Assembly: GCA_951406725.2 (NCBI GenBank)
Contig: OX597821.1
Location: forward strand, 16,492,001 to 16,556,000
DNA: 64,000 nt
Origin: Octopus vulgaris
Lineage: Eukaryota
Direction of reading: 5' to 3'
Under the pieces are notes generated by a model. It had not been told where the DNA came from, did no database searches, and saw only the letters and a program-made list of their open reading frames with translations. This document shows, one piece after another, positions 39,001 through 52,480 of this stretch; within the stretch, counting starts at the first letter, position 1; the number at the start of each line of letters is the position of its first letter. A program made the position numbers and the translations under genes.

Positions 39001-40119
39001 CACGGAAGACGCGTTCAAAGAACCGCTTGCTTTAACTTTATATCTGGTAGGATGAGTTCATATCTGTTAGTCATATAGGACAACTAACTCAGAGTACAAA
39101 TGACATTAGAACTCCTAAATTATAACTCCTAAGATTAGCTACGTTTCTAAAACATTACGAGCCTTAGCATTGAAAATAATCCACGTAATTGAGAATATTA
39201 ACTCTTAAAACTTCAATTTTGTGGAATTCTATCTTCTTTTATAGTTATAGTTATAGCCCTGCAGGATGAACCCTCCGCGATACACTGCAGTCATGAGTGA
39301 CATTAATATTTATTTTCTGTGTAGTCTCATGAAACTTATTAGCAATTAATAAAATGTCATCTGAAAAATCTGCAGCAGTTTCATTTATACACGTATAGTG
39401 TGAGGCAACGTTTACTATTTAGTGTATATACCGACACTCGAAGTATATAACCTCGATAGAAACGAAGTGAGCTCAAATAACACCATAAAAAATTCCTGCA
39501 ATCAGAAAAGAAATCTGTTTCACGACCAGAGGTGTGAACAGGGAAAATTCAATATGTGTAAAGCAATGTAATGGCATTAATTATCTGCTGAGGCATACTA
39601 TATAGCTAGAGTCTCTCCAAAATTTTTATTCTATGAACATAATGGAAAGCCTATTTAAAATTCACACATTAATATCGTTTCTTCATTGAAATTAGTTATT
39701 TTTGCAATGATCCATCGAATTATGAATATCTGAATCAAGGTTGATTTGGTAGGACAAAAACCATTTTAATTTTTCATTAGAATCTGTTCAACATTTGCTG
39801 GATGACGATTTAAAATTAACTTGTTGTACGGCTTTGAAGCAATAGCGAGAAAAACTATCCTACGATAGTTGGCAATATGATGTCAGTTTCTTTTGAAATG
39901 CAATTACTTGTTATTTTTATGCAAACAGATGGATATAAACTGTTCAAACAGGGTATTTCCATATGATAGTAGGGATAATGTCAGAACTACAGTCATGGAT
40001 TGTTATAAGGGAATTAAGCACAGTTTTGTTAAACGAGATTGATATTGTTGCAATTTGAAGGGTAACAGGAAGCACAAATTTTAATATTTCTCCATCTTCG
40101 GCAGTTCTTGCGGCATGTG

Positions 40120-40262
40120 CGTTTTATGGTAATATGCCGCCAAGGTCGATTTTGCTTTCATCCTTTCGGGTTCGATAAAATTAATATCAGATGAGTCCTG
40201 GAATTGTTGTAATTGACCTATCCTATCATTTAAAATTGTAGGCATTGTGCACAGATTTAAAT
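40120..40262 (+). mobile_element. SINE family C, degraded
   Basis: CCGCCAAGGTCGATTTTGCTTTCATCCTTTCGGGTTCGATAAAATTAA. Confidence 0.7.
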
Positions 40263-41619
40263 TCATTTTTGTCGTTGTTATTTCTGGTAGTTTTTGTTTC
40301 TAGGCATGCTCGAACGGTTTCAATATTATATCATTTTATGCATGAAAAGTGCTACGTGTTTGTCGCTCAACTACTCACAATTTAGAGGCAATTGAGGATG
40401 TGAATCTTTACCCATAGTATTTCCGGCGGCGTCAGGAAAAAAAGAAAGTGTGATAAGAATCTACCTAAGTACATGACTGGTACTTTATTTTTCAGTCGCA
40501 AACTTTAGGAAAGTAGCTTGGCTGCTTTTAGTTCAGGGTGCAAAAACGGGGAAAAAACACCCATACGAGCAATACAAGTTGATGTTCCAATGATTCTGGC
40601 TTACATACATACATACATACATACATACATGCGCATATGCATACATATTCATATAGGCATATGTAAAAAAAGATACAGGAGCAGTTTTGACTCAAGCAAA
40701 AACTTTCTGTCAATTTGTTAGTGATCAACTTGAATTATGAGAAAAACCTCGATAGATAAAAGAAACATGCATATATTCATATAAACATCAGCACAAACAT
40801 ATATGCAAACATATACGAGTACATGAATGCAAACATAGATGTTATTTTCGATAATTTAGTAAGAATTTATAGCAATCGTAAGATCAACATTGCGTTACTG
40901 ATTTCACGATTTCGTACACGTTAAGCAAGGCTATGAATGATTTTTAAAACCAACGCTTAAATTCAAGTTTTGTTAATAGTATCCACGTATGATAGCATCT
41001 AATGAGCTGTCTTTGAGAAAAATTGTGCGTTTAACAGGTCCGATTTATTGCAGTAAATGTCGAAATGTTAGGAGCACTATAACATTTTGTTTTACTGTCT
41101 CGAGTCAATTTTTATCTTACATCAGATAATGATAATATATTCTAATTTATTCTTTACGATACTGCTACTAAATCTAAGTCCGTGTGTTTGAGGATTGGCA
41201 GGCACCAATCAATTGATGATCAATACACGAAATAAACAATTCAGTTCAGAAACGTATGGAATAATGGAGACACACAACAGTCTGCCGAACTATTCGTAAC
41301 GATTCGTACTCTTTAATAAAATATTAGCTTTGAACGACTAGGGAGAACGAGTAATCTTTGCATTTATATTTCTTCCCAGGGTAATGGCTGCATAAAGGGG
41401 ATGAATTACTCTATTACGATTGAAACTGAATTGCAGATTTTAACTTGTATTTTCCCCAAGTTTTGGACCTCTACATGTAAAAACTTATAAGTACAGATGC
41501 AATTATTTTAAAATCACAAACTTATGTGATTTAAATGCATAACCAATAGAAGTTCAAATCTCACCAACTCATAAGGAATATTCACCCATCTATATGCTTA
41601 TATGAAATCTAATCCCAAC

Positions 41620-42145
41620 CGGGGTCTATAAAATAAGTACCAGTTGAGCACTGGGGTCGATGTAATCGGTTTATTCCCTACCCTGAAGTTGCAGGCTCTG
41701 TACCAAAATTTGCAATCAATATTGGTATCAAATTTTAGTGCAAGGAGAGTAATTTCGGGGGAGGTGTGAAGTCGAGTACATCGACCCCAGTACACGGGCA
41801 AAGTCGATCTTGGTGGCATTTGAATTCCTAACCCAAAGACGGACGATATGCCGCCAAGCATTTTGCCCGGCACGATAACGACTCTGCCTGCTCGCAGCCT
41901 TAGATAGAGATGAATTTTAACAGGATTATCAAGACAGTGAGTTGGCCGTATCGTTAAGAAGCCTGGCAGGAGGCTTAACGACCTTTCATCCGCATTAATC
42001 TTATGTGTTCAAATTCCATTCATAATCCTTTCTGCCAAAGGTACGACTGAAATTAGTGGGGTGTCGGTTATATCCACCCCAGTACGTAAGTGGTAATTAT
42101 TTCATCGACCCTGAAATGATGAAAGGCAAAGTCGACCTGGGCGTT
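41620..42145. mobile_element. Cluster of SINE family C fragments in alternating orientation
   Basis: + 41620-41720, - 41724-41902, + 41935-42017, - 42022-42145. Confidence 0.75.
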
Positions 42146-42199
42146 TGCGTGAAATACATAATGGCAAACAAAAGCATTGACACATATACATACATATCT

Positions 42200-42428
42200 G
42201 TTTCTTTACTACCCACAAGGGGCTGAACACAGAGGGGACAAACAAGGACAGACAAACGGATTAAGTCGATTATATCGACCCCAGTGTGTGATTGGTACTT
42301 AATTTATCGACCCCGAAAGGATGAAAGGCAAAGTCGACCTCGGCAGAATTTGAACTCAGAACGTAACAGCAGCCGAAATACCGCTAGGCATTCCGGCCGG
42401 CGTGCTAACGATTCTGCCAGCTCGCCGC
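42200..42428 (-). mobile_element. SINE family C, tail variant 2, full length
   Basis: Minus strand GCGGCGAGCTGGCAGAATCGTTAGCACGCC...GAGTTCAAATTC B box...TTGTTTGTCCCCTCTGTG...TGTGGGTAGTAAAGAAA; matches 57352-57583. Confidence 0.92.
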
Positions 42429-42779
42429 TGTATCTACCCGTCTTTCTATCTGCCTTCATCTCTGTATATGCAGGTACCAAGTTTGTATTTTATTATCATA
42501 CGCTTGGGTCTCAAGAGAATAACAATAATTCTGCAATAATTCTGCATAGTTTCATTTTCATTTTCTCTTCTATTATTCGCCATACATACATATATACATG
42601 ATACAGATAGAGAGGAAAGGTGATAGAGAGAGAGATAGAGTGAGTGAGAGAGAGAGAGAGAAGACTAGCTTCTGGACAGTTTTTGTCTGATAATTTTTAT
42701 CCTATGTATGCTTAACACATACGCACGCACATATGCATAACCCACCCCATCCCACACATATTTACCCACACATATTTAT

Positions 42780-42816
<37 letters not shown>

Positions 42817-42824
42817 AAACGATA

Positions 42825-43105
42825 GTTGTCGCCCTTTTCAAGCCTAGGCAGGCTCATGGGCCCGGTTTCTCGGTTTCTATATGTTCCCCCAGCTGGACGC
42901 CAGTCCATTGCAGCGTTACTCAAGAAACAGGAAGAGAGAGAGTGAGAGAAAGTAGTGGCGAAAGAGTACAACAGGGGTCGCCCCCACCCTCTGCCAGAGC
43001 CTCGTGGAGCTTTTAGGTGTTTTCGCTCAATAAACACACACAATGCCGGGTCTGGGAATCGAAACCGCGAGTCCGCTGCTCTAACCACTGGGCCATTGCG
43101 CCTCC
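42825..43105 (-). mobile_element. SINE family B, tail variant 3
   Basis: Family B head with a short deletion between ACCGCGA repeats; tail GCTGCAATGGACTGGCGTCC...GAAACCGGGCCCATGAGCC. Confidence 0.9.
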
Positions 43106-43291
43106 GTATGTGTATATAGAATCGCATTATTGCATAGTAATCGACAAATAGTTTACATCGTGTGTATGTGTTTGGGCATGTGTATGTCTGTATTGCTGAG
43201 TTTGGAATCTGCAATACGTTAAGAATCTCGCATTGAGTATTGTGTTGTCATCTTTACGTTTACATAATGGTCGCTAATGACGATGAAAGAA

Positions 43292-43511
43292 TATTAATTT
43301 CAAATTTTGTCACAAAGCCAGAAGTTAAAGGGGAAGGGAAATAGTTGATTTCATCGACGCCAGTACTCAACTAGTAATTATCTTATCGACCCCGAAAAGA
43401 TAAAGGTCCAAGTCGACCTCGGTGGAATTTAAACTCAGAATGTGAAGACCACAAAAATGCTGTTAAGCATTTAGCCCGGCATGCTAACGACTTTGGTGGC
43501 TCGCCACCTTA
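43292..43511 (-). mobile_element. SINE family C, tail variant 1
   Basis: Colinear reverse-complement C copy. Confidence 0.85.
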
Positions 43512-44585
43512 CGATCAGTGAATATTGCCATCAGTGAACCCCAAGCAAATTCTAAGATACTTATTTCTATATAGGGACAGCCAGTGTGAAGGAAACTTAA
43601 TAGAATTTCAAATTACTTCTCATAAATGGGCAAAATAATTTTGAATTCATTATGGATTCTTAATTAAAACTAAGGCATATCTTTTTTCTTGTTTAATACC
43701 ATTAGACAGAAAATAAATTTCATTCTGCCGGCATTTGAACTTTAAAAAATGTAGGACACTCATACATATAGAATCAACTATACTCTGGATTACATTAAAT
43801 GAGTTTCTTCGATACTTCTATTACATTTTAACATAATGTAATGGTAATATAAATAACAGGGAGAAATCGTGAATTTTAACATCTATAATGATTTTCATAT
43901 ATTATCTCGCATTTATGCTCCCATTTTCAAAACTTTCCACATTTCCTATAGAATATGTGATCTCCCGAAGGCAGAAATGACTTGAATAGATTCGAATCAG
44001 CATGACATATTGTGAGCATCAATAATTCACGTTGGTTTCCAACATTCATGTTTGATTTTTGTTTTACTTGTAATTCATTTATTATACTTTTTTTACATTC
44101 TTTATTACCGCTTGCTTTCTTCGTGTAGCTTTTTCCATGATACATTCGATATAATAACGTTGTGCATTGACAAATGCTTCAATTAGATACTGGGTAGCTA
44201 TTTTCATGCTATCAATGCAATGTTATTGTTCAACTGTATAAAAACACATCAAGCATGTGATATCTGTAGACTGTTTAAACATGTGAACACATTAATCGTT
44301 CGTATCAATGTTGGTTACCATAGTAATCTATATTAAAATATTATAGTGAAACGTAAAGATTTTATATGAGCGTTCGAGTTTTCCTGTCACCGGTCGATGT
44401 TTGCCGTTTTATAATTCAAATTATGTTTCACTAGTAATACTCTTGGCAATGCCACGGTTATTTTGAAGAATTTAAGATAGCTGGAAGTTTAAGAGTACCA
44501 CAAAATACATTTCTTTGCAATATTTTTGAATCTTCAAAAATTATAGTGGAGATGGTATAATATTTGGTCTGTAGAATTATACAAA

Positions 44586-44631
<46 letters not shown>

Positions 44632-44699
44632 TATGTATATGTATGGGTGTTTGCATATATGCATACATACTTATACGCATATATATATATATGTGTGTG

Positions 44700-45086
<387 letters not shown>

Positions 45087-45109
45087 TATATACATGTGGG
45101 TGAATGTGT

Positions 45110-45990
45110 GTGTGTTCGGCTTCAAGTAGCTGGGCATGCAGTAATAGACAGTAACTTTTCCCTGCGCAGACCCTCCGAGACTGTTAAGTTTGATATCATT
45201 GATGCTTCTCAAGAACCTGAATAACTCAACACTGGAATCTAAGATGTGTGCACGGATAGAATTCCAGTGGGCGGATACTCGGTGAATAATGAGCTAGGCG
45301 TAGTTATTAATGCGGAGCCTATCAAGGTTCGATACGTCAAGAAGCACGGGAAGATGTGAGATGATTGTGTCGTGAAAATGAGAAATTGCTATAAGTCCAG
45401 TTAATTCTAAAAAGCAGAAGCTAGCAGATTAAAGGTAAAAGAAACAGCAGTGACGGGAAACATTGTGCCTGTGGACCTGCAGCTGAAGCGTGTCTGCGAG
45501 TGTCATTATGTCAATTGATCACGTAGTCCTTTTCTAAGTTATAGTGTATTTTTCTGGCAACAAAATTTCCCTAGGTGTGAAAGTAGTACTCCTCTGTAGG
45601 TCTTGTCTGAGCTTATGTTGCGTCAATAATTTAGTGAGGATGAATATATTTTGGCCCTGAAAAGAAGGGCAGTCGATGAGCGCGATCTAAGTCTATGTTA
45701 AGAATCTGCTTCTACCAGAAACGATCCTCGGTGATAATGAGCCGTGATAGCGGAAAAAGTGTCAGGAGTTTTGTTAATTGTTATTCAAAATATTTGTGTT
45801 GTGATGTCGTTATAAGTAAACTTTGTATTTTTTACTGTTGACAGAAAGATTGCTATATGACCATATTAAGATATTTTCTAGGTGTCTGTTAATGAAGTAT
45901 GTGTGGAGTTGGTGTGTGAGTTTAAATTGCAAGTGCTTGATAAAATTGTTAGGCAATATATGTGAAGAATGAAAGCGATTTTGTAAGAAC
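45110..45990 (-). mobile_element. Possible decayed Penelope-like 3' region
   Basis: GC-richer block; minus strand has traces such as STTFTP and a terminal CAGT...GAAAAGTT-ACTG hammerhead-like remnant at ~45149-45183. Confidence 0.3.
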
Positions 45991-46245
45991 AACACTCTCT
46001 GATACTAAATTAATTATACCATAATGTGAAATGAAATATACTTGTTTATTAATGACTAACCTAAAAGCGTTTAATTATACTTCAATCATGGAATTTTCTT
46101 TCCAAAATTTATTTATTAGAAAGGCATTTATTACTATTAGACACTAGGCCAAAGGAATTTGAAGGGCGTAAAATCGTCAAAGCAAAAGAGAATGTCCTAT
46201 CAATTCTGTCATGTAACTGTCGTCAGAAACCCTTAATAATAATCA

Positions 46246-46301
<56 letters not shown>

Positions 46302-46512
46302 TTTTCTACCACAGGCACAAGGCCTGAAATTATAGGGAGATATTCGATTACATCGACCGCAGTACTCAACTGGTACTTAATATATCGACCCCGAAAGGAT
46401 GAAATGCAAAGTCGATCTCAGCAAAATTTGAACTCAGAACGTATCAGCAGATGAAATACCGCTTAGCATTTCTCCCTCGGCGTGCTACCGATTCTGGCAG
46501 CTCGTCACCTTC
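46302..46512 (-). mobile_element. SINE family C variant 1 between two (AAT)n tracts (46234-46300 and 46519-46627)
   Basis: Full head-to-tail reverse-complement copy. Confidence 0.88.
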
Positions 46513-46516
46513 ATAT

Positions 46517-46629
<113 letters not shown>

Positions 46630-47769
46630 AAATGAAGATAAGGATGATGGTGATGAGAATGGAATAAATATTACTATTCATGTATAACATAAAATATTAA
46701 GATATGAAATGTTCCATACCATCTAAACGACTCGTGTGTTCTCAAACATAGATTCATGCAAAACAATAAACGTTGGCGTTTATCGAAAATGAATGATTAC
46801 CATGTCCTATATATATAATGATTAGGATTAGAATATCAGAAGGCTGAAAGTAATAATCATGTGCAGCAAATATCCACTGAAACTAAAGTGCTTCACTTCG
46901 ATATATTGATATTAATGAGAATAACAATGCAATAATTGATATTAATGAGTAGAACAATGTGATAGCAAAAGAAAGCTTTCATTTTTAAATAATAAAACAA
47001 AAGCTAACAAATGGAAAATATTTATCAAATTATAGATTTAGCGAATCAAGTGTGTTTGAATGTGTTCAATGATGTACGGAAGAAACGAAAATCATAATGG
47101 GAATTTTCTTATAAAAATTTTTCTCTTAGATGAGAAAAAAAATATAATGAGCAGCTTTCGTTAGCGATTCAGGCACAAAGTGAGATATTTTCAATGTCTC
47201 TTAATTTATCGAGATTGTCTCCCCTTTATTTTCTAATTCGCTACTGCACACAAATTCTGTTAGGATTTTGTTTGCTACCTTCTGCTAATTGCAACATATT
47301 AATATAATAAGAATTTATTTGGTATGACCTTGACTGCATTCGCGTTTAATTCTTTAATTCAGTTCGTTCAATTTCTGTAGTGGATATAACTTAAGAGAGC
47401 TGGTGTTAGGTCCAACTCTCTGCAAGCAGTGTTGAAACATTGCTGTGATCAATATATTTCAGTCACTAAAAAGGTACTAGCTAAAATCTGTGGATTAGTG
47501 GAGATATTAAAGTGCTGAACGTGCCCTTTCCGGTGATTATTCCTACTGTGTGCTTACTAATAGTAAATAATGCCTGGAATGGTATTTTCCCCAAGCTGTA
47601 TCAACCCTAGGTTGCCTTTCTTTGAATTAGTGCGGGCAGATATGCATGTACGAGCAGCTAACAGACTGCCAGAAAAATCCTTATCAACACCTAAGCATAC
47701 GTGTGCATTTACTTGGTCAAACTTGCCCAATGGGGGTTAATAATGCCCTTTGACTATTTTAGCTATTTT

Positions 47770-48199
47770 CACTCTCTTTTACTCTCTTTTACTTGTTTCA
47801 GTCATTTGACTGCGGCCATGCTGGAGCACCGCCTTTAGTCGAGCAAATCGACCCCAGGACTTATTCTTTGTAAGCCCAGTACTTATTCTATCAGTCCCTT
47901 TTGCCGAACCGCTAAGTTACGGGGACGTAAACACACCAGCATCGGTTGTCAAGCAATGCTAGCGGGACAAACACAGACACACAAACACACACACATACAT
48001 ATATATACACACATATATACGACAGGCTTCATTCAGTTTCCGTCTACCAAATCCACTCACAAGGCATTGGTCGGCCCGGGGCTATAGTAGAAGTCACTTG
48101 CCCAAGATGCCACGCAGTAGGACTGAACCCGGAACCATGTGGTTGGCTAACAAGCTACTTACCACACAGCCACTCCTGCACCATAGCCACTACTGCGCC
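47770..48199 (-). mobile_element. SINE family A, full length, with duplicated 5' terminus
   Basis: Colinear match; AGCCACTCCTGCACC and AGCCACTACTGCGCC in tandem at 48168-48199. Confidence 0.93.
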
Positions 48200-48312
48200 T
48201 AAACTGATTAAGTATTGCTTATTTTATATTTCGTAAATTCATTTAGAAACAAGGAGCCAAGCGGTTCTTTTTATCAAAAGTGTTTTAAAGTAATTTCGTA
48301 CTTCATCCTTCA

Positions 48313-48698
48313 TCTCTCTATATATAAACGGCAGTTTGTCTGTGCGTGTTTCTGTGTGTCTGTTTTCTCGTACCCTCACCCTGACCACGGCTTTCAACCG
48401 ATTCTGATGAAACTTGACACACACATAGCCCAATGTCATAATTCAAAACTAACGCAGCGAAAATTTTGAAAAGTTCCCCCAGTTCTGAAAAGAATCGATA
48501 AATTCGACATGGGGTCGAGAATAAAAAAAAAAAACCACATACTGTTTAGGGGACGCAACTCAACCTTTTTTTACTCTCAAAAAAAAATTTACCATCATTT
48601 TTTTTCCATTTTTTTGCTATTTTTTGGCTATAACTCTCTAAAGATGCTTTATAGTTATTTCCCTTACAAACCTGAGCAACGCCGGGCGATACTGCTAG
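48313..48698 (+). mobile_element. Complete non-autonomous Helitron
   Basis: Inserted between A and T; 5' TC(TCTCTATATATAAA), subterminal hairpin CCTGAGCAACGCCGGG, 3' CTAG; no target-site duplication. Confidence 0.88.
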
Positions 48699-49670
48699 TT
48701 CAAGATAAATAAATGACTGAAATATATTTAGTAAGATCGTTAATTTTACTGTGGTGCCTTAACACGATCTTTTATCATTACAAAGAAGGGCAGGATATTG
48801 TTGTGCATCAATAACAAAATATATACTCCACATAATACTTACATAAACAAATTGCGTATGCTCGCTCAGGCATTGGTATAGTAAAAATACATGTTTATCC
48901 CAGATTATAAGTTATATCAGTAATATATAGAATGATTTACGTTCTATATATTACTGTAGAGCATGTAAAATGATCATTTTTGAAGCATTAATATAAGTAA
49001 CCGGGTGTATTTTCTTGGGAGAGATCTGTATCGAATATATGTAGTAGGGTCTCGGTCTTACATTTAAAAACAGTAATCTACTGTTCAACGAACATATACT
49101 GTGTAAAAGCTTAATAGAATTTTCCACGGTTGCTTTGAATTTGGCCTTGAGAAGACGGGTTGGAGTGTTATCCCAACGTTTGTATTGTAACGCTAGATAA
49201 AATTCAGGTTCATAAGATTCGTAATCATATTACAGGTCTCCTAAGCTTCAATAATGTGTGAAGATTTGTATTTACTACTCTCGGAAGTATTTTGATGCGA
49301 ATAACAGGAAGCAGATCATTGATGGAGATAAGAAATAATTTAGTAAATATATACAAAGAGAGAAGCATAACTAGATACTTTATATAAGCTAGATACTGAT
49401 GCGTGGGCATATGGAGTGAATTTTCTATGGACAGTCAACTATGCCTAAAGAATTTTGTGAAAAGCAATTTCAAAGACTACGTGATGTAGGTGACAATCAC
49501 ATTTCTTGAGTCTAAAGATTATTTGTATTTGTTTTTAAAAAAGAGTAAAATGCAAGTATGGGTTTACAAAAACGATTATTCTACTTAACATAAGCAAAAA
49601 AAAAAAAAAGCACAAAATTAGAAGACAAGTCAGTCAATTAAATTTCACCCATTAATTGACTGACAGTTTT

Positions 49671-49888
49671 AAGGCAGCGACCTAGCAGAATCGTTAAGAA
49701 GGCCGGACAAAATGCTAAGCAGCATTACGTCCGTCTTTACATTCTCAGTTCAAATTCAGTCGAGCTCGACTTTCCATTTCATCTTCTTGGGGCCCATAAA
49801 ATAATTACCGGCTGAACACTGGAGTTGATATAATCGACTTTCCCTCTGTCCTGAAATTGCTGGCCTTGTGACAAAATTTGAAAGCAAT
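49671..49888 (+). mobile_element. SINE family C variant 1
   Basis: AAGGCAGCGACCTAGCAGAATCGTT...GGCCTTGTGACAAAATTTGAAA. Confidence 0.85.
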
Positions 49889-50687
49889 TCACCGGAGGTT
49901 ATTTTCTTGACGCCGAAGATATTGAATTTAAATTTAAATTTGGTAGATATTAAGTGAGATCGTAGAGTGGAAATTAATGCCAGAAGTAATTTTTCTGTCA
50001 CCAAGACGATGAAGATACCATTAATACTGAGTGACCTGCAAATAAATCAGCCTTTCAGATAAAAAATATATATATAAGGCCGAACCCACAATAAAGAGCC
50101 AATTCCCCGGTTGAATGAGTACCAGTAGATATTTTCAATACTCTAGGAACGTATCCCTAGCATTCATTTCAACTCACCGTCAAACATACCTGAATTCTAC
50201 TATATCTTTAATCTTGTGGTTATTCCATTATCAAAAACGTGGACCCGACACGCTAAAGAATAGACACATGAGTTTCTCTCTCTCTCTCTCTCTCCCTATT
50301 TCTCTCCCTTTCTCTTTCTCTCTCTGTTGTTATTTTTTAATACTTAATATTCTCTCTACATTGATATTACTTTCAATAACTCACTGATTTTCTGCACATT
50401 TCGCAATTCTTCAAAGCAGACCATAACACTTTTGTAGCTGCAATAATATTTCTGAAGGATTTTTTTATAATGTGTGTGAATATGGTTGAAGTCGTTGTAT
50501 ACATATTTTTTATGAAGCATTAGTGAATAATGTAATAATTGAATATAGTAATCTAACTTCATGTTGTGATGTAGAGAGCGGAATGTGTAAGCTATTCATG
50601 TCAACATTTACTTTAAAACATCTGAGAGTAGCCATAGTAGTGAGTGATATGCCTCTAAATAATAATTTCCATTGCATTTCTGGAGAA

Positions 50688-51460
50688 ATAACTGTCGTGG
50701 TAAGAAGTTTGATTCCCAACCACATGGTTTGGTGTTCAGTCTCACAAGGCAACGTCAAACTTTTGGCATGTGTCTTCCAATGCGACCTCTAAAATTTGAG
50801 AGTGGATTTAGTAAAGAAAACAGAAATGCGTCCGCTATATACAGTATGTATGAGTAGAAATGTATATATATTCTTTTTTCTTTCTTTTACTTGTTTCAGT
50901 CAGTTGACTGCGGCCATGCTGGAGCACCGCCTTTAGTCGAGCAAACCGACCCCGGGACTTATTCTTTGTAAACCTAGTACTTATTCTATCGGTCTCTTTT
51001 TGCCGAACCGCTAGGTTACGGGAGCATAAACACACCAGCATCGGTTGTCAAGCAATGCTAGGGGGACAAACACAGACACACAAACATACACACACACACA
51101 CATATATATGACGGGCTTCTTTCAGTTTCCATCTACCAAATCCACTCACAAGGCTTTGGTCGGCCCGAGGCTATAGTAGAAGACACTTGCCCAAGATGCC
51201 ACGCAGTGGAATTGAACCCGGAACCAGGTGGTTGGTAGGCAAGCTACTTACCACACAGCTACTCCTACGCCTATGTGTGTGTTTGTCTATACTTGTTTTT
51301 GTACTACACAACCGCTTCACAACCGTTACTGATGTTTTACGTCCGCGTTTCGATATAATACGTACCACACTTTAAAAATCATAAGATTTGTTCGGCCACA
51401 TGATGCAAGGCAGTGACTCAGAATGTTCACAATCCAAAGACCATCACAAGTAAAAATACA
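50688..51460 (+). mobile_element. Old SINE family A copy split by a younger antisense copy
   Basis: Degraded head 50688-50850 and degraded 3' half 51272-51460 (ACAACCG...TTTACGTCC...AAGGCAGTG...CAAGTAAAA). Confidence 0.7.
50872..51271 (-). mobile_element. SINE family A, full length, nested
   Basis: Colinear reverse-complement match. Confidence 0.93.
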
Positions 51461-51803
51461 GAATGAAGCAGGAGTGTGATTTTGCCGAGATTTTGTATTC
51501 AGGAGGTTGGTATTATCACCACGAGAGGTTTTTAGTGTGTGCAGTGATTCTTTCAGACCTTAGCTATATGATTTCAATTTCGGAATACATCGGGGCTCCC
51601 GAGGCTTAGGGTCTTAAATGATATAGACTTTTTTAATACTCATATGGGACATTGTTAGAATATTATATTCCAACGTTCAAGGCGATGAACTTGCAGAAAA
51701 GATAGCATGCGGTGTAAAATGGTTAGCAGTATTCTATCCATCTTTACACTCTTATTTTATCGACTTCACCGCCCACCCACAGGAACACATCACCACCAAC
51801 ATG

Positions 51804-52052
51804 TAGTGGAGGCGTGTGGATTGGTGCTTCGAGTGTCGGACACATGATCGTAAGATTGTGGTTTCGATTCCTGGCCCAGGTGACGCGTTGTGTTTTTAAA
51901 CAAAACACTTCATTTCATGTTGCTCCTGTTCACTTAGCTGGAAAAAATGAGTAATCAAGTGACAAGCCGGCGTCACAGGTGGGGAATATATACACCATGG
52001 AAACCGGGCAACCAGCTCGTATGAGTCGACATGACACGCGAAGGCAACTTTG
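51804..52052 (+). mobile_element. Older tRNA-derived SINE related to family B variant 3
   Basis: GTGGAGGCGTGTGG head, GGTTTCGATTCC B box, 3' GGCGTC...GGGGAATATATA...GAAACCGGG...ATGAG...AAGGCAAC similar to 42825-42910 (-). Confidence 0.7.
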
Positions 52053-52149
52053 CACTTTTAAATTCGTCCTCTCAGCCGAAAGTGGTAAACAAATTAAATG
52101 CTAGTTTAGTACTAGAGTCGAAGTAATTGACTTTGGTAAGTACATTGGT

Positions 52150-52480
52150 TGTCTATTCTAGAACAACTACAAGTGCAAAAGCATAGCAATATTGTAGAGA
52201 TGCGTCAACGCTTACTTAGACAAACGCTAAGAATGTACTGGGCAGAAAAAGTAACAGATTCCGAAGTCCCTAGATTAGCAACGTAATTAGGAAAAACAAA
52301 GGGAACAGGTGTTACGTTATTTGACAACCATGGAATTGAAAAGAACACAGGAAAGAGAGAGATAGATAGAAGATTCTTGATGGGCCTGGCTAGTTGGCTT
52401 TAGAAAGACATACCTATAATGTTGTAACTTTTGTATCGAGCAGGATGGTAGGGGGCCATAATCACCGTGCTTGTAGGTTT
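52150..52480 (+). mobile_element. RTE-like LINE 3' end remnant
   Basis: LRMYWAEKVTDSEVPRLA (cf. L.I.W.ekvTNeEVl.R) and ILDG further downstream. Confidence 0.5.

Noticed and set aside
45149-45183. Fourth hammerhead motif
   Set aside because: Only stem I (CAGT/ACTG) and GAAAAGTT remain; core and stem II are unrecognisable, so it is used only as weak support for a Penelope-like remnant.
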